Below, piece by piece: positions 34,195 to 45,345 of a stretch of 64,000 nucleotides of DNA (positions are counted from its first letter, which is position 1; each line of letters begins with the position of its first letter). The notes beneath the pieces were generated by a model, which was not told the DNA's origin, did not search any database, and worked only from the letters and a program-made list of their open reading frames with translations. Source of the DNA: Minutocellus sp. GHC0000111 (Eukaryota); assembly GCA_977018835.1 (NCBI GenBank), contig OZ361258.1:4216001-4280000 (forward strand), written 5' to 3'. Both the position numbers and the translations under genes were made by a program.

Positions 34195-35184
34195 CTAGGC
34201 TATCCTCGCCGTCGAAGGCTTGCTGGGGATGGGACAGCTCACGCTGACGAACTGGGCACCCTTGAGATGATCGGCGGGATTTGTCGACGTCGAAGCCGAG
34301 CCCAGATGCTGCCGAACCTGGTCGAGGGGGACGGAGAACCCACCCGAATTGGAGAACTGGTACGATGGCGATGCCTGTGTGTTGGTGCTGGTGTCCATGG
34401 ATCGTCGTCGAGCACCAGGTGCGACGGGGCCGGATGGGAGGGGCATGGGAATGCCGGGACCGGCCAGGTTGAGGCTGTGCGACAAGCGGGCAGAGAGGCC
34501 CCCGACGGCTCCAACTCCAGCGGCAGCCTTCTTCTTCTGATCATTGTCCGCGGCAATGGTTATCATGGGAACGTAGGCCGATGAACCTTCTAGGCCTACA
34601 TCTGGGAGAGCAATTGCGGAGGAAATGTTGGACAGATGATTCGGGCTGCTGCCCAGCGACGATGGGCTATTGTTGCCCCCGCTGCCGTCGGACTCGTTGG
34701 AGGAATTGGATCCCCTCCGGGCCATGGGACCGATGTAGGGGTAGGAGCCCGGCGGGGGAGCCATCCTGTACCCGTGGTACATCATCGCCGACGAACCCGT
34801 CGACGCCCGGCGGAACTGCTGTCGCTCGAACTTGGCCTCCTCGCGGAACTGAAGAATGTCCCGCTCGGAGTAGAAGTGTTCGGGAGTTGGGTCGGCCCGG
34901 TATTCCTTGACCTCGGGAGTTTCCGACGAGAAGCTAACGGAGGATCGGCGGCGTTGGTAGTTTCTCTTGGGGTTGCCTTCGTCGTCGGCAGAATCTGGCG
35001 AGGCTGTTGCGGTCTTTTCATTGCCGCATGTCGCCTTGGTATTGCCGTGATGATAATGCTCCGAAATGGTAGGCAGGCTAGTTTGCATCGAGGCCCGGCG
35101 ACGGATCGGCGCCCCGAGGGAACTCCTTCGGAGAGCAGATGGCGGTGGGGCTGGTGTATTGGGTTGGTTCGTCGATACGTTCAT
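34195..35184 (-). CDS. Low-complexity Ser/Arg-rich protein with an SVSF..FYSERDI motif
   Basis: Intact ORF with repeated RRxS sites and an RVxF-like SVSF motif. Start uncertain. Confidence 0.6.
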   Translation of the reverse strand: MNVSTNQPNTPAPPPSALRRSSLGAPIRRRASMQTSLPTISEHYHHGNTKATCGNEKTATASPDSADDEGNPKRNYQRRRSSVSFSSETPEVKEYRADPTPEHFYSERDILQFREEAKFERQQFRRASTGSSAMMYHGYRMAPPPGSYPYIGPMARRGSNSSNESDGSGGNNSPSSLGSSPNHLSNISSAIALPDVGLEGSSAYVPMITIAADNDQKKKAAAGVGAVGGLSARLSHSLNLAGPGIPMPLPSGPVAPGARRRSMDTSTNTQASPSYQFSNSGGFSVPLDQVRQHLGSASTSTNPADHLKGAQFVSVSCPIPSKPSTARIA

Positions 35185-35833
35185 CTTTCTCGTGCTGCAA
35201 TTCTTTGTACCTGAAGCGAACGTAACTCGGTTCGTCATGTATGTATGTGCCAGAATCATTTATCAGCGAAGAAATGGAAAAGGAGCACAAGCGCTGGATG
35301 GGAAAGGACGGCGAGATATCTTTTTGAGAAAGGATATCTTTGGGTGAAGTGAGCGAGAAAGATTACTTCAGAAGAGCCTCCTATCTTGTCTGGCGAGAAC
35401 GCGAACGTGGTTGATCTTATTCGAGATAACTGACCAAGCCAAGATCAGGCATCTCGCATGCAGCAAGGAGCTGGTCGTATTCTCTGCCACTCTCTGCAAG
35501 TGAGTGCTAAACATCCCTCATCGGCGAGGCTTGAAAATGACCATTTTCCTACACAAAAGACACCAAAAGCCATCAACAATTATGGCCCCCATTGCCGGGG
35601 CTGGAGTGTGAGTTTGTGTCGCGATTGTTATGCATAAGAGTCCTCTTTTCCTCGGGGTGTTGCTTTTCTTCGATGAGCCGCCTTGGCAGCTTTGCTCGTG
35701 ACAACCACTCAGCCATCCAGTCCACCAGTCCATTCAAACCGACGATACGAGACTTAAAGTTTTGGAGACGAGTCGGTCCAATTGTCACCCAATACAAACT
35801 CCCAGCAAGTCTCGCCCACAGCCCGCCCCAACC

Positions 35834-36503
35834 ATGGCCGGCCAAACAACAGAAGGAGAAGTCGTTCGCGAAACAACGCTTGCAATCGATGCTCGCTGTG
35901 CCTCCATCGTTGTCGTGCCGAAATCAGGTGAAGCAAACGATGCGAACATGCCGAGAAACCTCCATAATGCGGCGGAGCTTTTCCTACGTGTTGGAATGGT
36001 TGAAAACGCGGAACGAGTCAAGGACAACACCGGTCGGATGCTGGACATGTGTTCCGACAGACAATCCCGACGGCAAAACGAACGTCAAGATTGGGCAGGG
36101 CTGCGTTTGCTGGTCGTGTGGGTTCTGCGGTTTGCCCAAAGGTGGCGGCGAGAGCAAAGTAGCACCGGGAGGGAAGAAGAACAAGATGCCGAAGACACCG
36201 CCAGGACCGTGCGGAAATTGTGGAGAGACAGATCAGATCAACTACGTGCGAGTGACACGAAAAGGCATGGACGATCTTCCGTGGATTGAGGCACCACCGC
36301 TGACCGAGGAAGAAAAGAAGAAAAAGAAGGATGCAGAATTGGCTGCCAAGAGGAGGGAGGTCGAAGAGCAGGTGAAGAAGGCATTGGAAGACAGGAAGAA
36401 AGCTGAAGCGAGTGCTGCACAATGCATGGCGATGCAAGGGAGCTTCATGCCTGGGCAGCAAGCTGGGCAGGGAGTTCCTTGTCTTCCAATGTGTCTGGAT
36501 TGA
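35834..36503 (+). CDS. Uncharacterised protein with a CxxC zinc-ribbon-like domain; frameshift near 36056 and possibly a read-through C-terminus
   Basis: MAGQTTEGEVVRETTL..PRNLHNAAELFLRVGMV, then in a shifted frame CVCWSCGFCGLP..GPCGNCGETDQIN..LPWIE plus a coiled coil. Confidence 0.65.
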
Positions 36504-36714
36504 TTTGTGCCATGTCACATAAAAGGAATATTTTTTAAAACACAACGACATTGTGCCTGCAGCCGGTGGACACCCACCTCTCACTAGTGCTCAAGTTTTT
36601 GGAGCGAGCGCACAGTGATCTATCCATCGAAAGGACGAATGCACTGCGCTTTCAACCCGTTGTCGAGTTGGGTTGTTGGCCACTGTCATTCTGGCGTGGC
36701 GCATCGCGATCGCG

Positions 36715-39506
36715 CACAGCCCCATCTCGTCTTGTTTCGCCGGTCGGATGAAGCGTTTTTCGGCAGAAGACGAACACGTCACGAAGAAACCCACCAAAAC
36801 CCAATCTCGTTCGTCACCCACTCTTTGACCATCCAACACCATGGTGGTCCGTCGGCGTTGCGCCGGCGCACAACTGTGTTTTTGCACCAAACACGCATTC
36901 ATCATCATGTTTGGACATAGTTGAAGCTTGCTGTGTCCTCAGATTGGCCTCCGCTTCGCATCAACGCCACGAACCATCGGCCTGCTTTTCCTCCATCTGT
37001 CGGCCGTTCGTTTCTCTGGGGTGGTGCCATTGCTCCGTCTTTGTGCTCGTCGTGCTCCCGTTGTGATGCCCCAGACCCTCTGGTGCTTTCCCACGTTGTT
37101 GTTGATGACAAACTGCCGGGATTGCGCCGCACCCCCCGTGTGACCGACTCTCGCTGATCCCGACCGATCGCATCCCCACTCGACCTCCCGGAATTCTGCA
37201 ATAATTTTGCGCCCGAGGAGAGACAGATGGCATTGGGATAAGTTTATGCAACAATCAACCCGACAAAGGGACTTTTTGGTCTCTGGGAGACAAATGGGTG
37301 AGTTAAGAAGGACGTGATGTGTTTGTTTGGGTGCACTATTTACTTTTTTGCTCAATCGCGATGCTGTTTGTAAAAGTTGGACCATGCAATTCATTTGTTG
37401 ATGTGTAGCAGCAGTGCAATTTCATTTTCTAATTTTACACATGCCCTGCTCCCATCTCTACATCCTCATCTCCATCGGTGGCCATCATGATCATTTGTTG
37501 GCGCTTGTCATCAGTTTCTGCTTTAACAGCTTCGGTCCTTGTCCTTTTCCTTGTTCTTGCCACCCGAGAGTTTCGCTCCCGCCTCTCCTCGACCTTTGGA
37601 TTGGATGCCCTCTCCTCAGCCTTGAACTGCGCCGTCTGTTGGGCCTCATGTCCCTTGACGCCCTGAGTCCGACGATCTTCCTTAACGCCCTCTTGGTGGG
37701 CTCGCTCTACAAACGATTCGTCGAGCCAATGGATGCCGCCCCATCCATTCTTCACTAGCCAAATGTGTTGGTCCAAGATGTGATCTTCGAGCAAGTGCCA
37801 CTTGGGCGTTATGCTAACGCCGATTGCCCGTGCTTGCTTGAGGGCACTTGCAATCAATGCTTCAAGCTCTCTCACAGCCTTCTTTGCCTCATCATCCCAT
37901 TTCATGCACCATTTCAGAAACCTGGAATGCATTGCGTCAAGAGTGTGGAGCAAATTAGAGCAAGCTTTGCAGAGCTCTTTGATGTCGTCATCCGTCATGC
38001 CATCTTCCTCGCGATTGTGCTCTAGGAGAGTTCCTTTGGTGGAGGTGTTGTGGTGGATGAACTCTGTTGTCCTTGGTTTCTTCTTGTTGTTGCCATCAGA
38101 AATGTTAATAGATGAAGCTCTCCAGCATTCTGCCAGCACTGCCCTTGTTTTACCTGAGTCGGCCGCCTCAATGCCGGCCTTTTTCAGGAAATGGAAGTGA
38201 GGGGCGTCGTCGTCCTCGGCATCATCGACAGCTCCCATCTCTGGCTCGCCATCACCGTGCTTCTGACGATTCTTCTCAAAGTGCTGCTGCATGCATGCTT
38301 CATGTGTAGCGTCCTCTCTTGCAACATCAGCTTCGTCCTCACAACAGCGCACACAGTCCTCGTCTTCGTCGTCATCGTCCTCACTGATCTCGCCGGCCTC
38401 CGTCGTGGTCAGGGTGCCCACCGTCCCAACATCGTCGTCATTGTCCCACCCATCGTCCTGGCCATTACACCCACCAGGGAACTTCTGGGCCTCGAGCAAC
38501 ATCTGCCTGTTGATTTCGTAGTCCATCGCCGCATGTCCCACCGACACATGTGGTGCGACCGACTTGAGGAATGCACCACATGCCTTCGTCAAATTGAGCC
38601 GCGGCGGCGGTGTTTCGAGGCGAAATTGTTGCTCGACCGTGACCATGTCGAAAGCCATCCATCCATCATCATGGAGAGCGTCGGCTGCACGAGGATTGAC
38701 AGAGCCGAGGCGAACAAACATGCTCTTTTTGCATGGGGTTCGCTGAACGTCGTCGGCAAGGCAGTGTCTTGATGCCATTTCATCCCATCCATTCTGGTTG
38801 TCTGTCCTCACAAAAAACACGTCGCAGTCTTCGTGTTTCTTCTTCTTCTTCAAACCCAAGATGCCCGCAGTGCACATGACGGCGCCGCACGTGATGGGAC
38901 TGCATCCCAACACATTCATCAAGGAGTTTATCTCCCAGACCAAAAAGTCCCTTTGTCGGGTTGATTGTTGCATAAACTTATCCCAACACTATCTGTCTCT
39001 CCTCGGGCGCAAAATTGTTGCGGAATTCCGGGAGAGGTCGAGTGGGGATGCGATCGGTCGGGATCAGCGAGAGTCGGTCACACGGGGGGTGCGGCGCAAT
39101 CCCGGCAGTTTATCATCAACAACAAAGTGGGAAAGTTCCAGAGGGTCTGGGGCATCACAACGGGAGCACGACGAGCACAAAGACGGAGCAATGGCACCAC
39201 CCCAGAGAAACGAACGGCCGACAGATGGAGGAAAAGCAGGCCGATGGTTCGTGGCGTTGACACGAAGCGGAGGCCAATCTGAGGATACAGTAAGCTTCAA
39301 CTATATCCAAACATGATAATGAATGCGTATTTGGTACAAAAATATAGTTATACGCCGGCGCAACGCCGACGGACCACCATGGTGTTGGACGGTCAAAGAG
39401 TGGGTGACGAACGAGATTGGGTTTTGGTGGGTTTCTTCGTGACGTGTTCGTCTTCTGCCGAAAAACGCTTCATCCGACCGGCGAAACAAGACGAGATGGG
39501 GCTGTG
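36715..39506. mobile_element. Chapaev/Transib-like (CMC-related) DNA transposon derivative with ~575-bp TIRs and a 4-bp CGCG TSD
   Basis: cgcg|CACAGCCCCATCTCG at 36711-36729 and CGAGATGGGGCTGTG|cgcg at 39492-39510. Inverted identity extends over 36715-~37293 versus ~38928-39506. Confidence 0.88.
37435..38973 (-). pseudogene. Chimeric or deleted ORF ending in a CMC/Transib-type transposase C-terminus
   Basis: SITPKWHLLEDHI..GGIHWLDESFVERAHQEG shows the H-x4-H motif and a putative catalytic E. The N-terminal DD region was not recognised. Only 1 Tyr in 512 aa. Confidence 0.65.
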
Positions 39507-39662
39507 CGCGGGCGGATCCGAAGAGGGTCTGTTCGTCGACCGAGCAAGCAAGAGAGCAAGTGCGAATAAGTGACTGCAACAACCATGATGGAATGATGGA
39601 ATGATTGATCCTCCCGGCACAGCAGGAATTCCTATTGGTAAGCCGCTAATAGCAGTCGCAGC

Positions 39663-41666
39663 ATGACGCTCTCGCCTCTACCGCTCATTCTCTGCCTGTT
39701 ATGTGCCGGAACTCAATCCACGTCTACGATGGCTGCGGAGCCATCTGCCCAATGCAATGACAACGACAATGGTCAGTGCGACAACACATCTGAGTCACCC
39801 AGCGTCTGCGGCCTCTATCTAGCCCGATCGTCAATCCCCAACTCCGGCCTCGGGGTATTTACTGGTATTCCTCACGAGATCGGCGCCGTCATTGCTCCGC
39901 CAGAAATAGCCCACCAGCTCCTCGTTGGGTTCGATGATGCCGATCCTCAGCTCCATGCAAGCTCTGAATATCACAATTCCTTGGTACGGCAGTACGTTTG
40001 GTCGTCGTTTGTTTCGGGAGGCTCGTTCGAGGCGTCAATGGTAGAAAGTCTGATACCAGGAATAGGCATGGCAGCCAACCCCTTTCTCCCTCTCATCAAT
40101 GCAAGGAGTGTGATGGGTTCCATTGATTCGGCTGGAGTTGTCGGACGAGAGCATGGTAGTCCTGGAGCAGGTGCCTTCTCATCCTACCACGATATGACCT
40201 ACGTGGCCGAGATGTCCCTCGAGGCAGGGTCGGAGATCTTTGCTGACTACGGCGACAGCTACTTTCGGGATAGACCTGACACATACGGCTTGATCCCACT
40301 TGTGCAGGAATTTCGACGAGCAGATGAGATCATGAAGGGATTGTGGGAAGCTCTGCCGAACAAGGATGCTCCCATCGGTGAAGAGTGGCAGCCCTTCTGG
40401 AATACCGTCCGCAATTTAGTTGAAGACGAGCGGACGCGAAATGCCCTCCCATCGTCGGTGTCGGAAATCAAGCGGGCGGCTACGAGAGGAACACCCTACA
40501 ATTTTTTACGGGGTGACAATCCGAGGTCATTGGACTGGTTGCAGACCAATGGACTATGCATCGACACGCTAGAGGTGAAGCCATCAGCCATTCCACATGC
40601 AGGTCGAGGTGGCTTTGCAAAGAGGTCCTTTGCGACTGGCGAAACGATTCTACCCATGCCCATGATGCAGATATCTCGAGAAGCACTTCGCATTTACAAG
40701 GGAGAGGGTGAAAATAACTCTGAAATATACAGCCAACAGCAACTCTTGAATTACTGTTTTGGCCAAAAGGACTCATCAATGGTTCTCTTTCCCTACTCTT
40801 CTACGTCGAGTTTTGTCAACCATGGCGGCAAACATGCCAATGCCAAGATAGTCTGGGCAAAGGAAGGGACCGATGTCACTGGATTTCATAGGGATGCGTG
40901 GATGGAAAGAAGCCCCGACGAATTGGTTCGGGAAGGGTATACTGGATTAATGATGATGCTGGTAGCTACTCGACCCATCGTCAAAGGTGAAGAAGTCACT
41001 ATTGATTACGGGCCAGAATGGCAAGCTGCGTGGGAAGATCATTCGGCCCGCTGGTCGAAGAATGACGACTCGTCCGAGACAGATGGCGGTAGTCCCTTGA
41101 GTGCATCGGAATTGAACGAGTCAGAGGATCGCATCCGAACTATGTTTGAAGAATCATACGAGTCTGTTGGGACCGCAGGCCACTATCGTTATGATTCAAG
41201 CGAGGATAACGAGCAGATGGCCATACATGTCGAACCAGGTCAGGAGCTTGATGGACACGAAGCTCTTGGACTCGTTTATGACGAAATAGCTCCAGAACAG
41301 CAGCGTAAATCCTATGTCGCCTACATCGAAGAGAGAGCTACAGTCTGGCGTGACCACGGTGGACGTGCCACTATAAGTGGTGATAATTTCAGGCCTTGTG
41401 CACTTATTGCGAGGAAGGAGGGAGCATCGCCGAACGAGGATCTTTACACAGTGCGGGTATTCAACAGTCAGAATGGAGCTGGGCACAACGAGCAAATCCC
41501 CACACACCGCGAGCACTATGTGAAAGAAGTTCCAAGGAGAGCAATTCTATTTGTTGATTTGCCCTACACCTTGAGTCAGCACAACGAAAGTGCGTTCCGA
41601 CACGAGATTGGGTTCCCTGATGCCAGCGACGATATGTGGCCAGAGGCATGGAAGGATCTTCTTTAG
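39663..41666 (+). CDS. Signal-peptide-bearing protein with two SET-like domains
   Basis: First SET-like block CGLYLARSSIPNSGLGVFTG..GSEIFADYG. Second block VKPSAIPHAGRGGFAKR..FVNH..IVKGEEVTIDYG. Confidence 0.82.
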   Translation: MTLSPLPLILCLLCAGTQSTSTMAAEPSAQCNDNDNGQCDNTSESPSVCGLYLARSSIPNSGLGVFTGIPHEIGAVIAPPEIAHQLLVGFDDADPQLHASSEYHNSLVRQYVWSSFVSGGSFEASMVESLIPGIGMAANPFLPLINARSVMGSIDSAGVVGREHGSPGAGAFSSYHDMTYVAEMSLEAGSEIFADYGDSYFRDRPDTYGLIPLVQEFRRADEIMKGLWEALPNKDAPIGEEWQPFWNTVRNLVEDERTRNALPSSVSEIKRAATRGTPYNFLRGDNPRSLDWLQTNGLCIDTLEVKPSAIPHAGRGGFAKRSFATGETILPMPMMQISREALRIYKGEGENNSEIYSQQQLLNYCFGQKDSSMVLFPYSSTSSFVNHGGKHANAKIVWAKEGTDVTGFHRDAWMERSPDELVREGYTGLMMMLVATRPIVKGEEVTIDYGPEWQAAWEDHSARWSKNDDSSETDGGSPLSASELNESEDRIRTMFEESYESVGTAGHYRYDSSEDNEQMAIHVEPGQELDGHEALGLVYDEIAPEQQRKSYVAYIEERATVWRDHGGRATISGDNFRPCALIARKEGASPNEDLYTVRVFNSQNGAGHNEQIPTHREHYVKEVPRRAILFVDLPYTLSQHNESAFRHEIGFPDASDDMWPEAWKDLL

Positions 41667-42131
41667 TAGAACTAGATCTACCGTAGGGACTTAGCTGGAG
41701 TTATATGACTTAGAATTAGGAAGTGTACGCATGTCTAGCTAGAGCTCTTTTAGATCCATGTTCTCTCTTCAATTGCGTTCGTGTCCACACACTTTATCCT
41801 CCTGCAGGGCTGATGTGTCGTTGCTCTGTGTCAGATGCGACACGGCAACAATGACCATGACCTTACAGTTTGTCACACTACGAGTAAACAACTACGTGTA
41901 CCTAGGTACGAGTAAACAACTTGCAAGCCCAGCCACGCAACCACCGCACAACCCCCACGCAACCACTCACTCACTGCTGTGCACGTGGCCTATCGTCATA
42001 CAGCTGTAGATTGACGAGTCAACTCGATCAACGAACGTTCAAGATACGCCACAGCGCTACTTGTAGATCACCAAGGACTGGGGCGCAACTGATCTCCAAA
42101 TCTCTACTTTGATTCGTCTCAAGGCTCAAGT

Positions 42132-45110
42132 ATGACTTCCCTACTCCTCTTGCCATTGCTACTCTTGCTGGCTGTCGGCAACCAGCGTTGGTGCCGCCTT
42201 CGTCAGCACATCAGGAACCAAAATCCTCGACGAGAACGAAGACGAACTCTTCTTCAGCGGAATCAATTTTGGCAACTGGCTGCTACTTGATGATGGGCGA
42301 CTTCAATTATAGAACCCATTCACAATTCTTCAATGAGCTCTCTTCGGCCTTGGGCGGTGACGACAAGGCCGCCGAATTCGAATACCAGTGGAGGCTCAAC
42401 TACGTGGATGAGGCAGTCATTTATGATCTGAAGAGCCTCGGTTTCAATTCCGTGCGTGTTCCATTCAACTACAAGCTTTTCTACGATGAGGACACTGATC
42501 AGATTATCGACGATGGATTCGAATTCTTTGACCGCCTCATCGGGTGGTGTAGGACCCACAGTATTTACATACTTCTCGATATGCATGCTGCGCCAGGATA
42601 TCAGAACCCAGGTGATCATAGCGACAATGTAGACTCGAATGCAAATCAACCCAGAGATACTGTGAAATTTTGGGACGGCCCGGACAACATTGCTTTGGCG
42701 GCCTTAATATGGAAGCACATCGCTACTCGGTATGCAAACGAACCTATGATCTGGGGTTACGATTTAATTAATGAACCCGTTCCTCAAGGCGGACGCGAGT
42801 ATGAGCTTCTGCCCTCTTATCTTGTCATGCGCAACGCCATTCGAGAGGTTGATAACAACCACATCATTGTAGCCGAGGGCTCGTGGTGGGGGTCGGATTT
42901 AACAAAGATTGATTGGTTTGATTCGCAGGTACAGTCGATTACCGGCATCACAAGTCAGTGGGACGACAAACTCGTCTATCAGATCCATCACTACGGCCCG
43001 GCATCGGGAACGTATGGGCGCGAACAAATCATGAACAACCTCAATATTCCGCTCTTCATCGGTGAGTATGGCGAGACCGACGAGTCAAATCTTGGCGCCA
43101 TCACCGACTGGGCCAAGCAGACGCTGCAGGGGTACTTCCCTTGGAGTTTCAAGAAGATGAGCCATGATAGATGCCTGTGGACGATCCCACCGAATGGTGC
43201 TTACAATCAAGTCAAGGCATACATCAACAATGGTGGATCCCCCCAACACATTTATACAATGATATGATAAGCTTTGCTCAGGTCAACGTAAAAATGACCA
43301 TGAGAGTATCCAATGGCATGCTGGATTCTACAACGCCGTCAAGCCTACCATCACATGCAGCGAGTCTACAGGCTTTGCTATCCCTGGGCTCATTCAGGCC
43401 GAGGACTATTGCGAACACCAAGGCATACAGCTGGAACCAACGTCTGATACAGGTGGAGGAATGAATATTGGGTGGCTCGACTCCGGAGACTTTGCAAAAT
43501 ACCGTGCCAATGTAGCCAAAGGCGGTCAATACCTTTTTGAAGCCCGTGTCGCCTCCGACTGGTCGACCGGGCAGATGGATGTGAAAGTCGACGAAAACAT
43601 CGTCACTTCTTTTTCTATTCCCAATACTGGTGGTTGGCAATCCTGGCAGACTTTATCGTCATCCTTCTACCTCTCCTCCGGCGACCACACCCTTGCGTTA
43701 GCCTTTCCTGGCGGTGGCTTCAACATCAATTGGGTGTCCTTCACAGCCGAAACCAATTCTTCACCAACCGGCATTCCTAGCCCGGCACCTTCACAAGCCC
43801 CGGTTATATCAACGGCCTCTCCGACAAAACTTCCGACGACGGCCTCCCCAACTATTTCTCCAGTTCAAACCACATCCAATCCTACGAAGAACGAAGTTGT
43901 CACACCGGCTCCCTCAGAGGCCCAAATTCAACCAACTGCGTCGCCTTCAAACACCCCAACGAAATATGCATCCACCCCCACTGCACAACCGGCGGGTTCG
44001 TCAGTAGATTGCACCGCCGCGTCTGCTTTCGCTGTACCTGGCTACATCCAGGCCGAACAGTATTGTGATAGTCAAGGCGTCGCATTGGAGCCAACGTCCG
44101 ATCAAGGAGGCGGGCAAAATATCTTCCAAATCGACAATGCTGACTACTCTGAATACAACATTGTTGTGTCATCAAGCAGCCAGTTCACATTTTCAGCTCG
44201 TGTGTTCTCATCTGTCTACTCCGGCCAGATTAATCTGCAGGTTGACGGCATCTCGAAACTTTGGCTTTCGGTCCCTTACACCCATGGTGCCTGGTGGACC
44301 ATATCCGCCAATGTTTGGCTAGATGCCGGTTTTCACCGACTTCGTGTAGCCTACCCTCAAGGCGAATTTAGGCTGAACTACATGTCATTTGGAAGAGGTA
44401 CTAACAACCCACTGCCTCCACCAATCACTGCCTCTTCTCCGCCAACGTCGTCTCCTTCGAGCGGCTCCGTCGTAACTTCATCTCCTACCTTTGCCCCATC
44501 AACATCTAGTCCAGCGAGTCAGTCTCCTACACAAAGCATTCCTACAATATAACCTTCCTCCGTTGCAACAACAAGTACTCCATCTACCGAGGCACCGTCG
44601 AAATCCCCAAGTAGGAATCCGTCTTTCGCGCCGTCTTTGGGGTCGACGCCAGCACCGTCAACATCATCTCCAACCGTATCACCTGTAGTAGCACCAACGA
44701 ACACCCCGGTGGCAGGCTGCAGTATTTTCTCAGTACCTGGCGACCTAGAAGCAGAGCAGTACTGCAGTCAGCAAGGGGTGGAGATCAAAGGTTCGACAGA
44801 CACCGGAGGTGGGCAAATGATATCATCTCTTTCCAACGGAAACTTTGTGGAGTTTGACATTAGTGTTGCGAGCAGCAGCCAGTATACCTTTGCAGCCCGT
44901 GTTACCTCTCCTACGTATTCCGGACAACTAAATTTGCAAATTAATGGCAATGCAGTCTGTGGTTGTCCGTCCCATACACCAGCGGAGGCTGGCAGACCAT
45001 TTCCGCCAACGTTTGGCTCAATGCAGGATCCTATAAGCTTCGAGTGGCGTTCCCACAGGGAGGATACGAAGTGACTTGGTTTGCATTCCGCACCGGGGTC
45101 AATAACCCGC
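42132..45110 (+). pseudogene. GH5 glycoside hydrolase with three CBM6-like modules and Pro/Thr/Ser linkers; several frameshifts and an in-frame TAA (44550)
   Basis: GFNSVRVPFNY, LDMHAAPG, YDLINEP (acid/base) and LFIGEYGE (nucleophile). IQAEDYC/IQAEQYC/LEAEQYC..GGG..TGGWQSW CBM6 motifs. No introns seen. Confidence 0.8.
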
Positions 45111-45345
45111 CATAGAATGCTTCGTCCCATTTTTAATTCAGGATTTGCAAAACATTTTTACCGTCGCCATCGCCAGCGAATTTTGTTAGATTGAACTTTA
45201 TAATTAGATTATTAATACATTTGGAAACGAATACACTCTGTTCTGATATACTTCGGCTCTAGATATGGAAACTACCTCCGGTTAGAATAATTCTGTCTCA
45301 GTTACCAGCAGGTGTTCTTACGTAATAATGTTCACCGACGAGCTT

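Noticed and set aside
36715..39506. Classical RIP (CpA->TpA) or simple CpG decay as the explanation for the TIR differences
   Set aside because: Both TIRs and the interior are TA-depleted yet CpG-rich, and the ORF gains no stops and loses Tyr. Only two differences are clear CG versus CA/TG. Not formally excluded without an outgroup.
36591..39620. Duplicated small ORFs in the TIRs (e.g. 36921..37157 and 39064..39300)
   Set aside because: Artefacts of inverted repeats that are stop-poor because TA is depleted.
9959..44552. Genome-wide stop codon reassignment
   Set aside because: In-frame stops are rare, involve all three codons and co-occur with frameshifts. The same codons end intact genes.
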